From: an uncultured Nitrospinota bacterium
Lineage (GTDB): Bacteria > Tectomicrobia > Entotheonellia > J063 > CAVPRW01
Assembly (NCBI GenBank): GCA_963707985.1
Contig: CAVPRW010000014.1
Coordinates: 160,001 to 224,000 of the forward strand
Direction of reading: 5' to 3'
DNA: 64,000 bases
Shown: positions 58,653-64,000 of the stretch, one piece after another
How positions within the stretch are numbered: position 1 is the stretch's first letter
Layout: every line of letters begins with the position of its first letter
Notes under the pieces: generated by a model
What the model saw: the letters and a program-made list of their open reading frames with translations, nothing else
What the model was told of the DNA's origin: nothing
Databases searched by the model: none
Translations under genes and position numbers: made by a program

Positions 58653-59271
58653 AGTGCGACCAAGGCGGTATGATCGGTCCGTCACAGCCTCCACACGAGT
58701 GGTCGAGCGAACATGTGTCGGTTGTCTCCAAGTCGGTTCGAAAGATCAGTTGATACGGCTGGTGTGCGGTCCAAGCGGCCAGGTACTGCTGGATATCCAT
58801 GGGAAGCTGTCCGGTCGGGGGGTCTACCTCTGCACGCAGCGTCCATGCGCTGAGCAAGCCTTGAAGAAAACGCGATTGCAGGAGGCCTTCCGGCGTGAGG
58901 TGACCCTCGCTTCTATCGATGAGCTGGTGGGCGCGATGGCTAGCGTCATGGTAGAACGGGCGCTGGGGTGCATACGCATCGCCCGCAAAGCTGGCCGCGT
59001 TGTCTCGGGATACACACAGGTGAGTCGTGCCTTGATGTATGAGCCGGTGGCCTGCCTCCTCGTGGCCGAAGATACCGCACGAGATCGACTACGTGAGTAT
59101 CAGGGTTGGTGTACGAAGCGTCAGATACCCTGCCGCTCGTTCCTGACGAAGGCTCGGTTGGGCGAACTCGCTGGGCGGGACGTATGCAGTGCGATGGGGA
59201 TTTTGGAACCACGCCTGGGCGAACGTCTGATAGGGTATCTTGAAGGGATGGGCCGGTTGACGGAACGGTAA
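58636..59271 (+). CDS. YlxR (DUF448) / L7Ae-like (YlxQ) fusion protein
   Basis: ERTCVGC...LIRLV...GRGVYLC...C followed by IARKAGRVVSG...LLVAED...LGELAG; lies between nusA and infB. Confidence 0.85.
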   Translation: MNLSGRVRPRRYDRSVTASTRVVERTCVGCLQVGSKDQLIRLVCGPSGQVLLDIHGKLSGRGVYLCTQRPCAEQALKKTRLQEAFRREVTLASIDELVGAMASVMVERALGCIRIARKAGRVVSGYTQVSRALMYEPVACLLVAEDTARDRLREYQGWCTKRQIPCRSFLTKARLGELAGRDVCSAMGILEPRLGERLIGYLEGMGRLTER

Positions 59272-59283
59272 GGAGGTGGCCAG

Positions 59284-61431
59284 ATGGGGGTGAGGGTCTA
59301 TGAGCTGGCACGGACGTTAGGGCGCTCTAGCAAAGACCTTATGCACGAATTGAAAAAACAAGGAATCGACTTGAAAAGTCACATGAGTAGTATCGATGAA
59401 GAGACCGCCGAGCTCGTCGCTGAGTTGCTGAAAGCACAGCTACAACCTTCCTTCAAGGATACGCCAGCGGCATCGCCAGTGGTTGAGGAAGAAGAGGAAC
59501 ATTTGGAAGATACCCTCGGCACATTCCCAATAGCGGTGACCCCGGAGACGGAGGTACCAGCACTAGCGACGCCCACGCCAGTGATGATGCACACGCCGCC
59601 GTCGATCGTCGTCGAATCCCCCATAGTAGCCGATACAGTTGTGACACCAGCGGTCTCTAAAGCTTCTCCGGAAAAACTCTTGCGGCTGGGTGAGGCGGTG
59701 ACGGTGAAAGAACTTGCAGACAAGATGAATGCACGCCCGGCCGAGGTCATTAGAACGCTGATGAAGCTGGGCGTCATGGCGACAATCAATGCGGTGATCG
59801 ACCTTGACAAAGCTACCGCGCTGGCCCAAAGCTTCGGTTATAGTGTGGAGGTCACTGCGGCCGACAGTGGGGAAGCCTTCGTTGACGATGAGGATAGCGA
59901 GGAAAATCTACGGCCGCGGGCGCCTGTGGTGACCGTGATGGGACATGTCGACCATGGCAAAACCTCGCTATTAGACGCGATCCGTGCCACCAATGTCACG
60001 CAGAGCGAGGCTGGTGGCATCACGCAACATATCGGTGCTTATGCCGTAAGCACGACGCGGGGCAAAGTCGTCTTTCTCGATACCCCTGGGCACGAAGCCT
60101 TCACCGCCATGCGGGCTCGCGGCGCTCAAGCAACAGACATCGTTGTCCTGGTGGTAGCGGCCGACGATGGGGTGATGCCGCAAACCGTCGAGGCCATTAC
60201 GCATGCGCGTGCTGCAAATGTACCCATCGTGGTGGCCATCAATAAGATCGATTTGCCCAATGCCAACCCCGACCGCATCAAGCAACAGCTCAGCGACCGC
60301 GGTCTGGTCCCCGAACAGTGGGGTGGTGAGACGATTTTTGTCGAGGTCTCAGCCAAGCGCAAGCAGAATATCGATGAACTGCTTGAGATGCTTTTGTTGC
60401 AGGCGGAAATTCTCGAGCTGCGTGCGAATCCGTCCCGACATGGCCAGGGTGTGGTCATCGAGGCCGAGCTGGATAAGACCCGAGGCCCGGTGGCGACCGT
60501 GTTGGTGCAGAAAGGCACTGTGCGCATCGGCGATGCCTTCGTCGTCGGCATGCACTATGGGCGCATTCGTGCCCTCCTTAACGATCATGGGGAGAAGATC
60601 GTCGAGGCTGGCCCAGCCACGCCAGTCGAGGTCATCGGGGTGTCAGGCGTCCCGCTGGCAGGCGATCTCTTCCAGGTCGTGGCCGACGAGAAAAAGGCGC
60701 GGCAAATCGCCACCCTGCGGCAGCAACGTCGGCGTGAAGAGCACATCCAGCGCACCTCGCGGATAACGCTGGAAGATCTTTATCGCCAAATCAAAGAGGG
60801 CGAGGTCAAAGAGCTTAATGTGCTTATCAAGGCTGACGTGCAGGGATCGGCACAGGCGGTGCGTGATATCCTAGAGAAGCAGAGCACCAGTGAAGTACGG
60901 TTGCGCGTGATTCAGGGCGCGGTGGGCGGCATCACTGAGAGCGATGTCATGCTGGCGTCGGCCTCGAATGCGATCATCATCGGTTTCAACGTACGACCGA
61001 CCCCAAAAGCGAGCGAATTGGCTGAACGCGAAGGGGTTGATGTCCGCCTGTATACGATCATCTACGATCTGATCGGCGACGTCAGGGCCGCGTTGGAGGG
61101 GTTGCTGGAACCAGAGGTGGCCGAGCATATCATGGGCCGTGCTGAGGTGCGTGAGACCTACCATATTCCACGCATCGGCGTCATCGCTGGCTGCTATGTC
61201 ACCGAGGGAGCCATTACCCGTAACGCCGAGTGCCGCCTGCTGCGCGATGACGTCGTCGTGTATCAAGGGCGTATTGCCTCGCTCCGCCGCTTTAAGGAGG
61301 ACGTCCACGACGTGAGTAGCGGTTATGAATGCGGAATTGGGCTCGAACGCTTCGCCGATATTAAGCGCGGTGATATCATCGAGCCATTTGTGCGCGAGCA
61401 GGTCGCCAAGAAGCTGGCCGCGCAAAGCTAA
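59284..61431 (+). CDS. infB: Translation initiation factor IF-2
   Basis: [33 protein letters not shown]. Confidence 0.98.
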   Translation: MGVRVYELARTLGRSSKDLMHELKKQGIDLKSHMSSIDEETAELVAELLKAQLQPSFKDTPAASPVVEEEEEHLEDTLGTFPIAVTPETEVPALATPTPVMMHTPPSIVVESPIVADTVVTPAVSKASPEKLLRLGEAVTVKELADKMNARPAEVIRTLMKLGVMATINAVIDLDKATALAQSFGYSVEVTAADSGEAFVDDEDSEENLRPRAPVVTVMGHVDHGKTSLLDAIRATNVTQSEAGGITQHIGAYAVSTTRGKVVFLDTPGHEAFTAMRARGAQATDIVVLVVAADDGVMPQTVEAITHARAANVPIVVAINKIDLPNANPDRIKQQLSDRGLVPEQWGGETIFVEVSAKRKQNIDELLEMLLLQAEILELRANPSRHGQGVVIEAELDKTRGPVATVLVQKGTVRIGDAFVVGMHYGRIRALLNDHGEKIVEAGPATPVEVIGVSGVPLAGDLFQVVADEKKARQIATLRQQRRREEHIQRTSRITLEDLYRQIKEGEVKELNVLIKADVQGSAQAVRDILEKQSTSEVRLRVIQGAVGGITESDVMLASASNAIIIGFNVRPTPKASELAEREGVDVRLYTIIYDLIGDVRAALEGLLEPEVAEHIMGRAEVRETYHIPRIGVIAGCYVTEGAITRNAECRLLRDDVVVYQGRIASLRRFKEDVHDVSSGYECGIGLERFADIKRGDIIEPFVREQVAKKLAAQS

Positions 61432-61435
61432 GCCT

Positions 61436-61717
61436 ATGGTCGTTGGCATATGCACGGTCGATCTCCGTATTCCGGGTAACGACAGCCTCAAAGGCAAACG
61501 GAGCGTGGTCCGCAGGATCAAGGAGCGTGTCAAGAATACTTTCAATGTCTCCGTTGCCGAGGTGGCGGACCTTGACACGCTGCAGCGTGCGGGCCTGGGC
61601 ATCGCATTCGTCAGCAATGAAGCGAGCCACGTCCATAGCACGCTCAGCAAGGTGGTCAATTTTATCGATCACTTGTATATTGCCGAGATTATCGACTATC
61701 ACATTGAAGTCTGGTAG
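61436..61717 (+). CDS. DUF503 (YlxP) protein
   Basis: SLKGKRSVV...FNVSVAEV; canonical infB-ylxP-rbfA position. Confidence 0.9.
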   Translation: MVVGICTVDLRIPGNDSLKGKRSVVRRIKERVKNTFNVSVAEVADLDTLQRAGLGIAFVSNEASHVHSTLSKVVNFIDHLYIAEIIDYHIEVW

Positions 61718-61722
61718 GCTCG

Positions 61723-62070
61723 ATGCATCCCTATAAACGCTCTGAACGTCTTGGAGAGCTCGTCCTGGCGGAAATCTCTGATCTAATCAGGCGCGAGATC
61801 AAAGATCCACGCGTTGGGTTTGTTACCTTCACACGGGTTGAGATGTCGGAGGACTTGCGGCACACGAAAGTCTTTGTCAGCAGCATTGGCACAGAACAGG
61901 AGAAGGCACGAACGCTCCAGGGCCTGGCCAGTGCGACAGGATATATTCGCCGCCATCTGGGGCGGGCCTTACACCTACGTTATACCCCGGAGATCTCCTT
62001 CCTGCTTGATGATTCGTTGGAGCATGGAGCAAAGATTGCGCAAATCCTCCGTCAACTCCATGCCGGATAA
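61723..62070 (+). CDS. rbfA: Ribosome-binding factor A
   Basis: IKDPRVGFVT, DLRHTKVFVS, LRYTPEISFLLDDSLE. Confidence 0.96.
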   Translation: MHPYKRSERLGELVLAEISDLIRREIKDPRVGFVTFTRVEMSEDLRHTKVFVSSIGTEQEKARTLQGLASATGYIRRHLGRALHLRYTPEISFLLDDSLEHGAKIAQILRQLHAG

Positions 62071-63013
62071 CGCTTCCGGTCGCGTTGCGGGCTTGTTAAA
62101 CATCGACAAGCCCAGCGGTTGTACTTCACACGACGTGGTAGCCCATGTTCGCCGGTGGACCCGTGTCCCTCGTGTCGGACATGCGGGCACGCTTGACCCA
62201 CAAGCAACCGGGGTGTTACTGATCGGCCTGGGGACAGGGACGAAGCTCACCCAATTCCTGCATGAATCCCCCAAGACTTACCGCGCCACCCTGCAGCTCG
62301 GCGTGCGTACGGATACTTGTGACGCGGCGGGGAAGGTGGTTGAGGTTCGCCCCGTGCACACGATGAGCCAAGGGGAGGTCGAGGCCGTGCTCGGCGGTTT
62401 TCGAGGGACGATCGAGCAAATCCCGCCGATGTTTTCCGCCCTCAAACAGCAAGGCAGGCGTCTCTATACACTCGCACGCCAGGGGATCGAGGTCGATCGG
62501 CACCCACGGTGGGTACAGATTTACCGACTTGTCGTACTCGAGTTCACTGCGACCACTCTGTGTCTCGAAGTAGAGTGTTCAAGCGGCACATATATTCGGG
62601 TACTGGCGGATGACATCGGTCTCCGATTGGGCTGTGGGGCACACCTGAGCGCACTTGTCCGTACGGCGACGGGCTCTTTTCCCCTGGCACAAGCCCTCAC
62701 GCTGCCGGCCTTAGAGGAGGCGGTGCGCCAACACGATTGGCTGCGCCACGTAATTTCGCTGTCGGCAGCCGTTGCCGGCTTCCCAGCCCTGATCCTCACG
62801 GCTGCTGCGGCCCAAGGGCTGGCCCACGGCGTGGCGCCGATGCGACAAGGAGTGGCGCGCCACGTGGGAACATGTGCGACCGCAGATACCGTGGCGCTTC
62901 TTGGACCAGATGAAGCCGTACTTGCCATGGGATCAATGATCTGTGGTGTAGAAGAACTGGAGGACATGTCCCAGAGCGCTCCGGTTGTCAAGCTCAGACG
63001 TGTGCTGAGTTGA
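62060..63013 (+). CDS. truB: tRNA pseudouridine(55) synthase TruB
   Basis: IDKPSGCTSHD, GHAGTLDP, QIPPMFSALK, CSSGTYIR. Confidence 0.96.
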   Translation: MPDNASGRVAGLLNIDKPSGCTSHDVVAHVRRWTRVPRVGHAGTLDPQATGVLLIGLGTGTKLTQFLHESPKTYRATLQLGVRTDTCDAAGKVVEVRPVHTMSQGEVEAVLGGFRGTIEQIPPMFSALKQQGRRLYTLARQGIEVDRHPRWVQIYRLVVLEFTATTLCLEVECSSGTYIRVLADDIGLRLGCGAHLSALVRTATGSFPLAQALTLPALEEAVRQHDWLRHVISLSAAVAGFPALILTAAAAQGLAHGVAPMRQGVARHVGTCATADTVALLGPDEAVLAMGSMICGVEELEDMSQSAPVVKLRRVLS

Positions 63014-63229
63014 GAGAATCCATACGGTAGTTCCCCCGCGCGAGTTGGCCCTGTACCCTATCCATTATCCCTGCTCAAGCCTCACGAGCCGGATTGCCAG
63101 GTGCACATGGCCGGCCCCTTTACAAGCTGCAGGTGTTCTGGTACAGTGAGCCATTGAGTTGAGGCATAATCGAATTTACGGTAACAGCGAGGTGTCGGCG
63201 ATAAACGTGCCTGAAAGGAGTGGGGGAGC

Positions 63230-63499
63230 ATGCCGCTGATGTTGGAGCGGAAAGGGGAGATCATTCAATCGTTCCGCCGTCATGAGCAGGATAGTGGGTC
63301 CCCGGAAGTGCAGGTTGCGATCTTGAGCGAGCGGATCGGCTATTTGACCGAGCATCTGAAGACCCATCGGAAGGATCACCATACACGGCGAGGGTTGTTG
63401 AAGCTCGTCGGGCAACGCCGGCGGCTACTGGGGTATCTTCGATCGACCGATTTCGGCCGTTATGCCGTGCTCATCGAGCGACTTGGACTGCGGCGCTAG
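63230..63499 (+). CDS. rpsO: 30S ribosomal protein S15
   Basis: [12 protein letters not shown]...[22 protein letters not shown]...LGLRR. Confidence 0.98.
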   Translation: MPLMLERKGEIIQSFRRHEQDSGSPEVQVAILSERIGYLTEHLKTHRKDHHTRRGLLKLVGQRRRLLGYLRSTDFGRYAVLIERLGLRR

Positions 63500-63588
63500 A
63501 CGATCCCCCTGTCGCCTATGGCCATAGGCGCGGCAGACAGACGAGACGACAGGCGCGCCTGGCCGGCAGAAACTAGCAAGGAGGGTAG

Positions 63589-64000
63589 ATGTCCATGCCG
63601 CACCGCGTGGAAAAGGAACTCGCCGGCAGAAAATTAGTCATCGAAGTCGGGGAGGTTGCCAAACAGGCCAACGGAGCCACGCTTGTCTGGTACGGGGAGA
63701 CGGTGGTGCTGGTCACGGCGGTCGTAGCCCCGGATGTACGAGAAGGGATAGATTTCGTGCCCCTGACGGTGGATTACCGCGAGAAGGCCTATGCTGCCGG
63801 CAAAATCCCCGGGGGGTTCTTCAAGCGCGAGGGCCGACCCAGTGAGCGCGAGGTGCTCACGAGTCGCCTCATCGATCGTCCGATTCGTCCACTCTTTCCT
63901 ACGGGGTTTGGTCAGGAAACGCAAGTCATCGCCATCGTGCTGTCCGCGGATACGGAAAACGATCCAGATATCCTGGCGATGATTGGCGCTTCAACAGCAC
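63589..64000 (+). CDS. pnp: Polyribonucleotide nucleotidyltransferase, 5' part (runs off the window)
   Basis: Hand translation gives AKQANGA...[30 protein letters not shown]...[22 protein letters not shown]. Confidence 0.96.
   Translation, partial: MSMPHRVEKELAGRKLVIEVGEVAKQANGATLVWYGETVVLVTAVVAPDVREGIDFVPLTVDYREKAYAAGKIPGGFFKREGRPSEREVLTSRLIDRPIRPLFPTGFGQETQVIAIVLSADTENDPDILAMIGASTA

Noticed and set aside
57501..61659. Long antisense ORFs such as 57501..58340 and 60871..61659 (similarly 12826..13698, 17656..18522, 38803..39633)
   Set aside because: Shadow ORFs opposite well-supported genes, expected in GC-rich DNA.
1..64000. CRISPR array, cas genes, tRNA or rRNA genes
   Set aside because: No regularly spaced repeat-spacer pattern and no recognisable tRNA or rRNA sequence seen by eye; a covariance-model scan was not possible.

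Overview
Bacterial chromosomal window of moderately high GC from an LPS-producing diderm. The gene style suggests Ca. Tectomicrobia or a related deltaproteobacteria-like lineage; this is inference only. The first ~6 kb is a mobile-element graveyard. It holds a truncated IS1-like transposase, a complete-length IS1-family element with terminal inverted repeats, an IS200 right-end remnant, a FitAB/VapBC toxin-antitoxin pair bracketed by inverted REP-like sequences beside a RAYT-like remnant, and a DUF3843-like gene. From 6 to 28 kb there are two Opp/Dpp-type ABC transporter loci, a PQQ-repeat beta-propeller gene, a ThDP enzyme, a decayed MazF module, an acyl-CoA dehydrogenase, PBP1B with a TPR lipoprotein, and an ECF sigma factor. 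From 29 to 64 kb the content is core and envelope genes: leuS-lptE-holA, rpsT, xerD, glnD, phoH-7TM/HD-ybeY, lapA-lapB-mutS-epimerase, DUF4390-NtrY-like kinase-[NtrX-like regulator fused to LpxC]-lolA-rseP-proS, and rimP-nusA-ylxR/L7Ae-infB-DUF503-rbfA-truB-rpsO-pnp (partial). The standout is a single ORF joining a receiver domain, a degenerate AAA+ domain and an HTH to a catalytically intact LpxC. It lies directly behind its probable cognate kinase and ~7 kb from lapAB, suggesting two-component control of the committed step of lipid A synthesis. Many single-base +1 frameshifts, including in proS and lolA, suggest consensus sequencing errors, so pseudogene calls are tentative.
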